Below, in pieces: positions 48,304 through 57,036 of a DNA stretch of 60,104 nt. The DNA is taken from positions 1-60,104 of IMG/VR virus record IMGVR_UViG_3300042545_000094. One strand, 5' to 3'. Under the pieces are notes generated by a model. The model did no database searches and had not been told where the DNA came from. It saw nothing but the letters and a program-made list of their open reading frames with translations. How positions within the stretch are numbered: the stretch's first letter is position 1; every line of letters starts with the position of its first letter. A program made the position numbers and the translations under genes. This DNA is from a virus (lineage: Duplodnaviria; Caudoviricetes).

Positions 48304-48599
48304 TTAATCCCATGCCTTTCTAAATAGTTAAGAAGTTCTTGGTATCTATCTGACACGCCTTTAGGGTCATGTGCTGGCCAAGACCTGTAACTGTATGCAA
48401 TAGCATTAAATTCTTCTTCGTTGAATGGCTTTGTTTGTGGTGTATAAATGTGTAGGCTTTTTCCATCATAAACACCGACTGGCTTACTCTGCTTATCCAA
48501 TTCTTCTACAAGTCTGCGAATCATGGCAGGTGCTTCACTTGGCACATATTGATGTAATTCGTCTAACTCATCCGCTAGTTTTAATGCTTCAGTTTTCAT
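48300..48599 (-). CDS. Hypothetical protein
   Basis: EALKLADEL; ATGA overlaps. Confidence 0.7.
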   Translation of the reverse strand: MKTEALKLADELDELHQYVPSEAPAMIRRLVEELDKQSKPVGVYDGKSLHIYTPQTKPFNEEEFNAIAYSYRSWPAHDPKGVSDRYQELLNYLERHGIK

Positions 48600-48892
48600 T
48601 TCAACACCTCTACTGACTTAACTTGACGTGTTTCACCATCAAATATGTATTTAATGTTTGGCTTCTCATCGGGGTGAGCCAGTATGTTACCTCTTGGCGA
48701 TAATCGGATATGCTGAAACATCACAACATCTATCTTTATGGGTGTTGGTTTGATGCGGTATTCAGTATCAGGGTTCCACAAGGGGTCATTGTCGGGAATA
48801 TCTATCCAACGCCCTGTGTCGTAAGTTTTTGATTGAATCTCGGCACCATCCGCCCATGCCTTGATTAGCTCTGCGTGTTTATGTGGTTTCAT
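48596..48892 (-). CDS. Hypothetical protein
   Basis: HKHAELIKAWADGAEIQ...EYRIKP. Confidence 0.75.
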   Translation of the reverse strand: MKPHKHAELIKAWADGAEIQSKTYDTGRWIDIPDNDPLWNPDTEYRIKPTPIKIDVVMFQHIRLSPRGNILAHPDEKPNIKYIFDGETRQVKSVEVLK

Positions 48893-49050
48893 TCCTCACT
48901 CCAATCACTGTAGTAATACTCATACACAGGTAACAATCCAAACAACCACGTGCCAATCTTTCGCTTTTCAAGAGTCCTACTGCGTATGACTGGGTTAAAT
49001 TTGTCGGGTGTATACCTAACTTGCATGTACTCAGTATCATCAATCTGCAT
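48889..49050 (-). CDS. Small hypothetical protein
   Basis: 53 aa, MQIDDTEY...; coupled at both ends. Confidence 0.55.
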   Translation of the reverse strand: MQIDDTEYMQVRYTPDKFNPVIRSRTLEKRKIGTWLFGLLPVYEYYYSDWSEE

Positions 49051-49223
49051 CACTTCACCATGCAAGTGTAGGCAAGGTTATCCACACGAAACTGTTTCAT
49101 CAGCTCGCAGTCCTTCATAATTTGGTAGGTATATGTGGCGTTAGTCACAATGCTACCCAAGGCAAAGCCAATCAGTAACACAGTCAAAAAGTTTCTTAAT
49201 TTTTCAACCCAAACATCTTGCAT
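49050..49223 (-). CDS. Small membrane protein
   Basis: FLTVLLIGFALGSIV TM segment; AGGAG RBS. Confidence 0.6.
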   Translation of the reverse strand: MQDVWVEKLRNFLTVLLIGFALGSIVTNATYTYQIMKDCELMKQFRVDNLAYTCMVK

Positions 49224-49233
49224 CTTCTTCTCC

Positions 49234-49413
49234 TTAAAATGGTGCTTCTTCAGGCACGTATGCCTCTCTTGTTACTGTAATCTTCTCAATCGTTTCGTAC
49301 TCTTCGGCAAAATGTTCAGCCTCTTCTTTGGTCTGAAACCGCCTAACTCTATTGCCGTTCTCATCTAGTATCTGATACCAAACGGTCTTATATTGACTTC
49401 GCAATGTCCTCAT
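49234..49413 (-). CDS. Small hypothetical protein
   Basis: Ends EEAPF; GAGG RBS. Confidence 0.6.
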   Translation of the reverse strand: MRTLRSQYKTVWYQILDENGNRVRRFQTKEEAEHFAEEYETIEKITVTREAYVPEEAPF

Positions 49414-49777
49414 AGTTATCCTCATCCCCTGCTTTTAATGTGTTGTGAAATGCTCTAATTGTTCTGCTCTCAGGGTTTTTCTCAAAAGACTTCTGTGCTT
49501 TTTGGTCTTTGATAAGTTGCTCAAACATATACCGCAACCCAACGTCACCAAATTTAGCCTCATAAAACCCATGCGTGTTTCGTACTTCAGGAATTTGCAT
49601 GTTACTTGGGTCTAATGCAAGCATTAGGTATAACAACCTAACCGCAATCCAATCACCCTTGCTGGCTACGATACCATTCACATACCATCTACCATCTTCA
49701 TACCCGTACAGCATGTTAGTGTCCCGCGATGTTTTATTTAGGTATGTAAAGGCTTCTAAACCTGTAGGTTTTCTCAT
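49388..49777 (-). CDS. Hypothetical protein
   Basis: 129-aa ORF with ATGA overlap. Confidence 0.65.
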   Translation of the reverse strand: MRKPTGLEAFTYLNKTSRDTNMLYGYEDGRWYVNGIVASKGDWIAVRLLYLMLALDPSNMQIPEVRNTHGFYEAKFGDVGLRYMFEQLIKDQKAQKSFEKNPESRTIRAFHNTLKAGDEDNYEDIAKSI

Positions 49778-50559
49778 TTGTAATCCTTTAAGTTACTTTT
49801 AGTTGGCCAAGGTAAACTTCCATTTCTTATCTTGCTATACTGGCTATTACTACCACATACGTAAAGGTTCTCAGGACGGTTATCGTCGGGTACGTTGTTG
49901 ATGTGCAACACATATTCCCATCTATCTAGCAACCTACCGATAGCTTGCATAACAACCATTCTGTGTTCAGCTACATACTTGCCGACTCTATCAGGGCGTT
50001 CAAAAGCTACGAACTTATGCCCCGTTGCTTCGGTAACAAACTTACCGCCCTTCCATGTCGGTGCTAATTCACCTCTGTAATACTCTCTACGGCACTCTAT
50101 AGAGCAACACCCATAGCTTTGGCTAGGCGTTACATAAAAAGGTTTACCGCAGTTAAGGCAATCTTTTTCTTCACCGTTTCGGTTAGCTTCCCCTCTGCAC
50201 TTTACTGAACAATACATGTTTGCTTTGTCTGCTGTATGCATAGAGCGTCCTGGCTTAAAAATATCGCCACAGTTGGGACAAGGCTTCTCTGATAAATCTG
50301 CGCCGTTTGCACAGAAACACGCACGGCTACAGAAACGTCTGTTAGCCCCATGGTCTTTAGTAGCTCTAAATACTTTGCCACATTCTTCGCACGTAAAATC
50401 AAATCTCTCAGATGTAGTCTGTGCTATGTCCGCACACGCTCTACCGCAATACATAGCCTTAGCCTGACTAGGTGGACGTGAAAATTGCGTATTACAAATA
50501 GGGCAGTTTTTAACTACGTGAACAGTGCGTCTTTTTCTAGTTTGCTTAACAGTCGCCAT
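49774..50559 (-). CDS. Zinc-finger repeat protein with HNH domain
   Basis: Four CxxC...CSxxC-type units, then WKGG, EHR.V, LHIN...DNRPENL. Confidence 0.8.
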   Translation of the reverse strand: MATVKQTRKRRTVHVVKNCPICNTQFSRPPSQAKAMYCGRACADIAQTTSERFDFTCEECGKVFRATKDHGANRRFCSRACFCANGADLSEKPCPNCGDIFKPGRSMHTADKANMYCSVKCRGEANRNGEEKDCLNCGKPFYVTPSQSYGCCSIECRREYYRGELAPTWKGGKFVTEATGHKFVAFERPDRVGKYVAEHRMVVMQAIGRLLDRWEYVLHINNVPDDNRPENLYVCGSNSQYSKIRNGSLPWPTKSNLKDYK

Positions 50560-52363
50560 AGCTCACTCCTACTCCTGATTCACAATTAAGTGGTAACTCC
50601 AATGCCCAGTCAGGTCGCAACCTCATGCACATCTCAACGAACTCTTGCGCAGCGTCTTTCTCTGCTTCGGGTGCTACGATAGCTATAGCGTCATGCACGG
50701 TCATTACAACCTTGTACTTCTTTGCTATGGTCAGCATCTGATAGCCGATGATGATTCGGGCTAAGGCTTGGCATACGTTCTCAACAACCTTACCGCCGTA
50801 TATTCTGTTAGGTATAGTTGCCTTACCCTTTCTGGTGTCGTAAACATATTCGGTTTTGCCGTTCTCGTTCTCAACCTTGCGTAGGTTCGGGTACTTGATA
50901 TACAAGCCATTTGGTAGGCGTATACCCTTCTTACCCTCAACCTTCAGCACACCACCACGACCTAAGTCCATCGCTTGGTCATTAAGGATAGCTTCCAAAG
51001 CATCACCTGCCTTACGCCATAGCAAGGGAATCCACTCGTAGCGTTCACGGTACACCGATATGATGCGTTGTGTTTCAGCCTCGGATAAATCTACGCCAAA
51101 GGTTTTAAGTTGGGCTTGGAACTTCTTTGCTCCCATGCCGTAACCTGCACCGAGAATAGTGGTCTTGCCAACGAACCTCTCGTCCTTAGATATGCTAGCT
51201 TCCTGTTTGTTATAGATAGCTGAAGCCATGATTTTGTATACATCTTCGCCTTTCTCAAACGCATCGACCAAGTCATTCTGCTCAGCCAACCACGCCAATG
51301 TTCGTGCTTCAATCTGTGATGAGTCGCTATCAATAACGACGTAGCCATCTTGTGCTTTGATTGCGTATTTAAGTTGTGAACTACGTGGTAGGTTCTGCAA
51401 GTTCACCTTGTCATCTCCACCCCAGCGTCCAGTATGAGCCGCATAGTAGCGTAGTGGTATGGGTAATAAGCCCCGTTCACTAATCTCAATAAAGCGTTGG
51501 GTGCGGGTTTCTTCAATCGTAGACTTAACACCTAGTCTGCATGATGCAAGTGCCTGAATGTCTGTGCTCTCATGCTCAAGTAAAGCCTTGAAGCCTTCGT
51601 CAGTTTTAGCAAACGCCCATGTTTCTTTGCCTGTTGTGTTACTAATCTTGCGTGGGGGTTCAGCACCTAGAACCTTTAGTAGCTGTGCAAACTTGTCGTT
51701 GCTCATCAGCACTTCTCTGTCGTACTGGTCTAGGAACACTTGTTTCTTTTTCTTTACGTCGTCCAAATGGTCACGCAATACCTCGTCGTCCAAACGCAAC
51801 GTAGGTTCGGTAAACATACGAACGGTCAGGTCAATCAGCCTAAACTCAGTAGGTGGGAAATAAGCACTCAGTCTTTTAAATAACTCAAGCGTTAGCACCA
51901 CGTCATTGACGCAATACGCACCATACTTATCCATATCACTAGGTGATATATCTAGGCGACGTTTACCAAGCATCTTTAATACTTCTTCGCCTTTGACACC
52001 AAGCTCATAGTGTTCAGCCAACTTAGCCAAACTACCACCAACTTCTGTTCCATGTATTGCCCTAGCCATAGATAAAGTATCGGCAATAGCCTTAGGGCGA
52101 ATATCGAACTGCCAGTTCAAGATAGCCATGTCGAACATAGCGTTGTGGGCTACCACTAGGTTCTTATCCAATTCAAAGCTATCCAAGAACTTCTTAATGG
52201 TTGCTTTAGTACCCGTACACCATTGTGGCTCTTCGCCATCAACTTGCACCGCAACACCAATCGTCTCGAACTCAGGCGAACGGATATATTCCTCGGTTGT
52301 CACCTTGGTCAGCGAAAAGGTCTGAGAGTAATAAGTCTCAAAGTCGATGCAAATTACTTTCAC
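50546..52363 (-). CDS. DNA polymerase, family A, with 3'-5' exonuclease
   Basis: DFET, HN..FD, Y...D exonuclease motifs; TGRW, NLQN, D.SQIE.R, K...LG..YG, VHD polymerase motifs. Confidence 0.95.
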   Translation of the reverse strand: MKVICIDFETYYSQTFSLTKVTTEEYIRSPEFETIGVAVQVDGEEPQWCTGTKATIKKFLDSFELDKNLVVAHNAMFDMAILNWQFDIRPKAIADTLSMARAIHGTEVGGSLAKLAEHYELGVKGEEVLKMLGKRRLDISPSDMDKYGAYCVNDVVLTLELFKRLSAYFPPTEFRLIDLTVRMFTEPTLRLDDEVLRDHLDDVKKKKQVFLDQYDREVLMSNDKFAQLLKVLGAEPPRKISNTTGKETWAFAKTDEGFKALLEHESTDIQALASCRLGVKSTIEETRTQRFIEISERGLLPIPLRYYAAHTGRWGGDDKVNLQNLPRSSQLKYAIKAQDGYVVIDSDSSQIEARTLAWLAEQNDLVDAFEKGEDVYKIMASAIYNKQEASISKDERFVGKTTILGAGYGMGAKKFQAQLKTFGVDLSEAETQRIISVYRERYEWIPLLWRKAGDALEAILNDQAMDLGRGGVLKVEGKKGIRLPNGLYIKYPNLRKVENENGKTEYVYDTRKGKATIPNRIYGGKVVENVCQALARIIIGYQMLTIAKKYKVVMTVHDAIAIVAPEAEKDAAQEFVEMCMRLRPDWALELPLNCESGVGVSYGDC

Positions 52364-52795
52364 TTAGATTTTTCCCGTAGCTTTGTATTGCTTTAGTTGT
52401 TCTTTCATAAGGCGAACCATCTCTTCGTCAAGTGTTTCACTACCTACGTGAAGGCTATTAGCAGTAAACGCACTTGCTGTGTTTGGCTGTAAAGTCACTA
52501 TCGGAGTGTTGTATGGGTGCTGATACGGCATTTGCCTTGGTGTTTCTACCACGTCATGCACTTCACCCGCAGTCAGTATGTGCTTCATAACTCGTTGGCT
52601 AAACAACTCACGATGTGCTTCTTTGAGTGCATCTTGGAAAGCCTTAAGCTCTTCTTCGGTCAGGCAGTGTCGCCAGTTACTCACTAGATTTTCCCATTTG
52701 TTACGGAGACCGCCTTCTCTAACATAGTCATCGGGTGCAAACTCCTCAGGGTTGCTCTGCATACGAGCGATAAGCATTTCTATTCCTCGGTTCAT
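52364..52795 (-). CDS. Hypothetical protein, paralog 3 of tandem triplet
   Basis: MNRGIEMLIARMQSNPEEF. Confidence 0.8.
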   Translation of the reverse strand: MNRGIEMLIARMQSNPEEFAPDDYVREGGLRNKWENLVSNWRHCLTEEELKAFQDALKEAHRELFSQRVMKHILTAGEVHDVVETPRQMPYQHPYNTPIVTLQPNTASAFTANSLHVGSETLDEEMVRLMKEQLKQYKATGKI

Positions 52796-53148
52796 TTTGT
52801 GTCCTTAAATACTGTTCTGCCTTTTGTTAAATACTTGAATGTATCTAGTGTGTGTTGTGTGTAAGCTTCTTTCATCGCCAAGCTCATACCTTGCTCAACT
52901 ATCTGTTGAATATCTATCAACTCTTTTCGTTTCTTTTCTTCTTTGTCAGCAAGCAACTGTTTAATTACTCGCTCAGTAAACTCTTGGCTACGTATCTCAC
53001 ATAACTTATCCCAAAAGGCTTCCTTATCTTCTCCAGTCATGTATTTCTTGTAGTGACTAAACAAGTGTTCCCACCTATCGCTGTCACGCAAGAACTCTTC
53101 GGGATGGCTTTCCATGCGAGCCAATAGAATCTCTATGCCCTTGTTCAT
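52792..53148 (-). CDS. Hypothetical protein, paralog 2 of tandem triplet
   Basis: MNKGIEILLARMESHPEEF. Confidence 0.8.
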   Translation of the reverse strand: MNKGIEILLARMESHPEEFLRDSDRWEHLFSHYKKYMTGEDKEAFWDKLCEIRSQEFTERVIKQLLADKEEKKRKELIDIQQIVEQGMSLAMKEAYTQHTLDTFKYLTKGRTVFKDTK

Positions 53149-53582
53149 GTATTAATCCCCATCTCATCTTTGTGTCTTATGTAATCGCCTAGCGTCATGC
53201 CAAGCTCTTTAGCTACTTTGATGTCCAACGCCGTGACTTTTGTAACACCGCCTTTTGCGCTTGCGCTTGGTCGTTGTGCTAAAACAGATGATAGTTCCAA
53301 GTCAGATTCTCTTAGCAGAGTATTCATAATCTGTTTAGTAAACTGGTCGCCCCTTACTTCCTGCATGGCACGCCATAGCTCGGCTACCTCAGCGTCGCTT
53401 AAGAAATCTAGGTAGTTGATGGGGTTCTCAGAACCCATAGCGTTAGCACGTGCTTCTACTTGCACTAGGACGTGTCGCCACTTCTCAGGGTATCTGCCTG
53501 TTATGTCAGGCATAAATTCTTCAGGGTTGCTCTTTACTCTTTCAAGTAATATCTGCACGCCTTTGTTCATTTCCTGTGTCAT
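53145..53582 (-). CDS. Hypothetical protein, paralog 1 of tandem triplet
   Basis: MNKGVQILLERVKSNPEEF. Confidence 0.8.
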   Translation of the reverse strand: MTQEMNKGVQILLERVKSNPEEFMPDITGRYPEKWRHVLVQVEARANAMGSENPINYLDFLSDAEVAELWRAMQEVRGDQFTKQIMNTLLRESDLELSSVLAQRPSASAKGGVTKVTALDIKVAKELGMTLGDYIRHKDEMGINT

Positions 53583-53874
53583 TGATTAGCTCCTTTAGGG
53601 TATCTTCTAACATTGTTAGATTCTCTTCGTTTATTACAATAGCCCTACCGCCCGCATCACGGATTGATTGCATTTCTTTCTCTTGTAACGCAGTAGGGGT
53701 ATTCTTACCAGCCTTGCATTCAATTCCTAAGAATCGTCCTCTAACGCAAGTGATGATGTCAGGCACGCCACTTCGCCCGAACCCATGGGTTGCGGGGAAA
53801 AAATAATAAACGTCATAAGCCTTCAAAAGCTTAACGCATTTATCTTTAACTTTCTTTTCGGGTGTAGATGCCAT
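53542..53874 (-). CDS. VRR-NUC nuclease (Holliday junction resolvase-like)
   Basis: PE..VK, GVPDI, IECKA, TALQ, AGG. Confidence 0.9.
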   Translation of the reverse strand: MASTPEKKVKDKCVKLLKAYDVYYFFPATHGFGRSGVPDIITCVRGRFLGIECKAGKNTPTALQEKEMQSIRDAGGRAIVINEENLTMLEDTLKELINDTGNEQRRADIT

Positions 53875-53880
53875 GTCCCT

Positions 53881-53908
53881 ATAATACAAGGGTCTTGGAC
53901 TTTGTCAA
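53881..53908 (-). promoter_or_regulatory. Sigma70 promoter
   Basis: TTGACA-N16-TATTAT; shares CTTGACAAAGTC with the promoter at 43008. Confidence 0.7.
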
Positions 53909-53924
53909 GGGCTTTTTTGAAATT

Positions 53925-54085
53925 ATTTTTAGGGGTTGGGTGGTGATGTAGATTGACCGCCACCCGTCGGTCTAGGAAAGGACTAGCTAGCTGAATAAAT
54001 TAGGGGGGACTAGCTAGTTGGCATTAAGCTTTTACATCTACAAGGCGACTAGGCTCATACCATATGTATTTACCCCCCTCAAAAC
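53925..54085 (-). ncRNA. Candidate multi-stem structured RNA or DNA element
   Basis: Nested inverted repeats: 53947-53953/54036-54042, 53955-53959/53968-53972, 53982-53991/54009-54018. Confidence 0.35.
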
Positions 54086-54086
54086 T

Positions 54087-54236
54087 TTAGAAACAAGTTG
54101 TATTACAGTTACCGCCGTAGCAACAAGTTGTGCAAGTAGTGAACTTGCCATTGATGTTATAAGTCTGTGTAGTGCATTGTGCGTAAACCAATGTAGCTAC
54201 CATAGAAAACCAAACACCTACGATAATCTTTTTCAT
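54087..54236 (-). CDS. Secreted cysteine-rich peptide (49 aa, not in ORF track)
   Basis: MKKIIVGVWFSMVATLVYA-QCTTQTYNINGKFTTCTTCCYGGNCNTTCF; GGAG RBS; signal peptide plus 6 Cys. Confidence 0.8.
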   Translation of the reverse strand: MKKIIVGVWFSMVATLVYAQCTTQTYNINGKFTTCTTCCYGGNCNTTCF

Positions 54237-54237
54237 T

Positions 54238-54726
54238 TTATTTCTCCAAAGTTGATACAAGTTTATTAAGATACCACTGGGCTTTCTTTAAATCCTTAAC
54301 AGCATCGCCCTTGTTGTTCGCACGACTAAGATACTTCAACGCCGTTAGGCGTAAGTGTCCTGTGAACTCTTCCTTCGTTGACTTAGCTTCCATGTAGTCA
54401 ATCGTTTCAATACCGCCAAACGTGTAATGCTCAGGGTGATTCACATCATCTTTAGCGTTGGTGGCAATCATTCTGTTTAGTGGCTTAGTAGTAGTAAACA
54501 TAGCGACTGTCGGCATACGCATTGGTGGGCGACCCCGTAACTTAGCATGCCCTTGGCTTGCCTTGAATGCCAAGTCAGATTCAGCTTTAGCTTTCTCCTT
54601 GGCTTTAGCTACAAGTGCGTATACATACTTGATGTTTAGCCCTAGCTTCTTAGCTATTTCTTCCCGCTTCCACGCAGGATTCTTTGCTAGTAGCTCTGCT
54701 ACCTTTTGCACATTAGTTTTCTTCAT
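54238..54726 (-). CDS. HTH plus DUF3310 (SaV-like) protein
   Basis: N-terminal EIAKKLGL; C-terminal D.VNHP.HY..GGIETID...KYL.R...K...DLKKA.WYL. Confidence 0.85.
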   Translation of the reverse strand: MKKTNVQKVAELLAKNPAWKREEIAKKLGLNIKYVYALVAKAKEKAKAESDLAFKASQGHAKLRGRPPMRMPTVAMFTTTKPLNRMIATNAKDDVNHPEHYTFGGIETIDYMEAKSTKEEFTGHLRLTALKYLSRANNKGDAVKDLKKAQWYLNKLVSTLEK

Positions 54727-54901
54727 TTTGCTTTTCCTCTTCTTGTTTAACAAACTGCTCTAAGGCTAATCTAATAGCCTTGCTCTTTGACGGATACTTG
54801 TTAAAAAACTTTACTATGTCTTTATCAACTCGCAAGCTAACATATACCATAGCGGGCTTTTTACCAAGACCCCGACCCTTTCGTTTCACTTCATCATTCA
54901 T
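54713..54901 (-). CDS. Ribbon-helix-helix/BrnA-like DNA-binding protein
   Basis: GRG.GKKP...VSLRVDKDIVKFF...IR.AL. Confidence 0.6.
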   Translation of the reverse strand: MNDEVKRKGRGLGKKPAMVYVSLRVDKDIVKFFNKYPSKSKAIRLALEQFVKQEEEKQNEEN

Positions 54902-55748
54902 GCTTTTCCTCACTTTGTGGTAATACAACAAAAGTATTCTCATCTACTCTGAAGCCAATGTTAGTAATCAACGTCTGATTCTCTACTAGCTTTAGCATAC
55001 CCACCCCTCTACGGATAAAGTCAGGTAGTTCTTCGCTACTCATAATACTCGGTTGACTTTGTCCAAGTGACACAGAATAATTCATTCCGTCAATAAATAC
55101 AAGATATGCTTTACCGCTAACTACCATGTCCCTAACTTTGTTAGTATGGCTAAGATTAGTCATAGCTTCGGGGAACAACTCAACACTTGTAGCAACAGGT
55201 GTATCTTTAGTCGCTGCCTTAAAAGCTTCTATATTTTCTAGTAGGAATAAGCGACCACGCTCTTCAACATTACGCCATACACCATTGAATGCGTAATACT
55301 TTTCCCTTGAGATGTTCTCAATGGTCTCTCGCATTTGTCGCTTGGCTTCAGTCAGTTTCTCGTCTAGGTTCTTAAGCCCAAAGAACTTTTCCACATGACG
55401 AACGGCTTTGTTCAAGTGAATAGTTTTCATACCCGACCCACGCTCACGCATATCTTGCACTCGGTGGTTGTTAATCCAAAAGCGTTTCCCCGAACGCATA
55501 TAGTCAATACCGATTTGACCTAGCACTTCATACTTATCGGTAATCTTCATACGCTCAATAGTCCAAGTGATGCCGTTCTCAGTATGTCGCTTACAGTTAT
55601 AGTCAGCCTCGAACTTCCACTCAGGGTGCTTTAACGCCAGCTCTTCTACCAATGGTGCTAGGAAAGTATCCACAACGGATTCAACTTTCCCACCCTTACC
55701 ATCGTCCTTCATCTCTAGTATTACGTTATCAAACTTAATCATATACAT
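54894..55748 (-). CDS. Hypothetical early protein
   Basis: 284-aa ORF; AGGA RBS. Confidence 0.75.
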   Translation of the reverse strand: MYMIKFDNVILEMKDDGKGGKVESVVDTFLAPLVEELALKHPEWKFEADYNCKRHTENGITWTIERMKITDKYEVLGQIGIDYMRSGKRFWINNHRVQDMRERGSGMKTIHLNKAVRHVEKFFGLKNLDEKLTEAKRQMRETIENISREKYYAFNGVWRNVEERGRLFLLENIEAFKAATKDTPVATSVELFPEAMTNLSHTNKVRDMVVSGKAYLVFIDGMNYSVSLGQSQPSIMSSEELPDFIRRGVGMLKLVENQTLITNIGFRVDENTFVVLPQSEEKHE

Positions 55749-55751
55749 TCC

Positions 55752-56609
55752 TTACCAGTTAAATTTATTAAGAATCTCATCTACCTTACTCTTTACATCT
55801 TGGCGAACGTCAGCGTGTTCTTTAATATCTTCAATGTCCACACCTAACATTGTTAGTTCTAGCGACCTACGTGCTTCCTCTAACTTAGGGTCTTTCGTAA
55901 TGTTCAAGTGCGTAAGTAGTCCACACAACTCGGTTGCATTAGTGATAAGCGAATCGTGATACCGCTTCTTGCTCTCAGTATCTTCCTCGTTCTCAGTTAG
56001 CTTTTCCGATAAGTGTGTCAGGGTCTTGTGTAGCTTGTCCCAGTTCTCACGCATAGCATCATTCAGCCTGTCGTTGAACGCACTCTCATACTTACTTGCT
56101 AGCTCTTGCATATCCATTTGTGGAATATCCAAACGGAAATCATTGCTCTCAGGTAGCGGACTAAACACTAGCTTGAACCCGAACTTATCTTTGAGGCTAT
56201 CTATACTAGGATAGTCATTAGCGTTGAACAACGAACCCAAGTGTAGCTTTGCATCAAGCACCAAGTCATCATAGCTATCAAAGAAATCTTGAATCATGGC
56301 GTTCATGTTGCGTTCAATCGTATTCATGTTCTGCTTATACTCCATGAACAATGACGTTGGTAGTAGTCTGCTACCCTTATCACTCCAAGGTAACGTGGTC
56401 TGATTGTGATACAGCCTAGCCCTAGCACCATAGTCAGCAATCTTCTTACGCTTGTTACTACCCGCCATCAAGTTCTTACGAACCTGTGCCGACCCACTAC
56501 TCGCACTATTACTCGCAAGCACGCTATCAGTCGCACCTTTGTCTAACTTGTTCGCAGTCCAAATACTGATGTTTAGTTCTGCCAATACTGCACTAGATGA
56601 AATACTCAT
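55752..56609 (-). CDS. Conserved early phage protein (DUF3150-like)
   Basis: L.IS.W...K.D, TLPW.D.G.RLLP, FNANDYP, LNIT.DP.L. Confidence 0.6.
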   Translation of the reverse strand: MSISSSAVLAELNISIWTANKLDKGATDSVLASNSASSGSAQVRKNLMAGSNKRKKIADYGARARLYHNQTTLPWSDKGSRLLPTSLFMEYKQNMNTIERNMNAMIQDFFDSYDDLVLDAKLHLGSLFNANDYPSIDSLKDKFGFKLVFSPLPESNDFRLDIPQMDMQELASKYESAFNDRLNDAMRENWDKLHKTLTHLSEKLTENEEDTESKKRYHDSLITNATELCGLLTHLNITKDPKLEEARRSLELTMLGVDIEDIKEHADVRQDVKSKVDEILNKFNW

Positions 56610-56773
56610 TATTCATTCTCCTTCAAAAAATTCCATACGCTTTGCTCAAAGTCTGAAAAGTCTTTGGCATCTACTTGGCAATAGTCCTTAGGATTTTCTA
56701 AGTCCATAACCATCAAACACTCACCAAACTTACCTAGTGAATACTCATTGTCATCATCTCTAACTGTTAGCAT
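56609..56773 (-). CDS. Small acidic hypothetical protein
   Basis: 54 aa MLTVRDDD...; TAATG overlap with the next gene. Confidence 0.5.
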   Translation of the reverse strand: MLTVRDDDNEYSLGKFGECLMVMDLENPKDYCQVDAKDFSDFEQSVWNFLKENE

Positions 56774-56777
56774 CTCA

Positions 56778-57029
56778 TTACTCCTTCGTTGGTTTACCTG
56801 CTAATTTCCACATTGCATATAGCTTGTCAGGTATTAACTCCAAGCTATGCGTCTTAATATCTTCTTGCGGATATACATAATGGGTTGTGTAAGAACCTTT
56901 ACCATCACCTACATCTTTCTGATACTCACTTTCGTAACACTCAGCCTCACCTAACAATGTTACTAACTGAATCGCTTTGTCATGGTCTAACACCCATTGC
57001 TTGTATCCAATAGTTATCTTTGCTTTCAT
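56778..57029 (-). CDS. Hypothetical protein
   Basis: MKAKITIGY...KLAGKP; GAGG RBS. Confidence 0.7.
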   Translation of the reverse strand: MKAKITIGYKQWVLDHDKAIQLVTLLGEAECYESEYQKDVGDGKGSYTTHYVYPQEDIKTHSLELIPDKLYAMWKLAGKPTKE

Positions 57030-57036
57030 ATATCCC

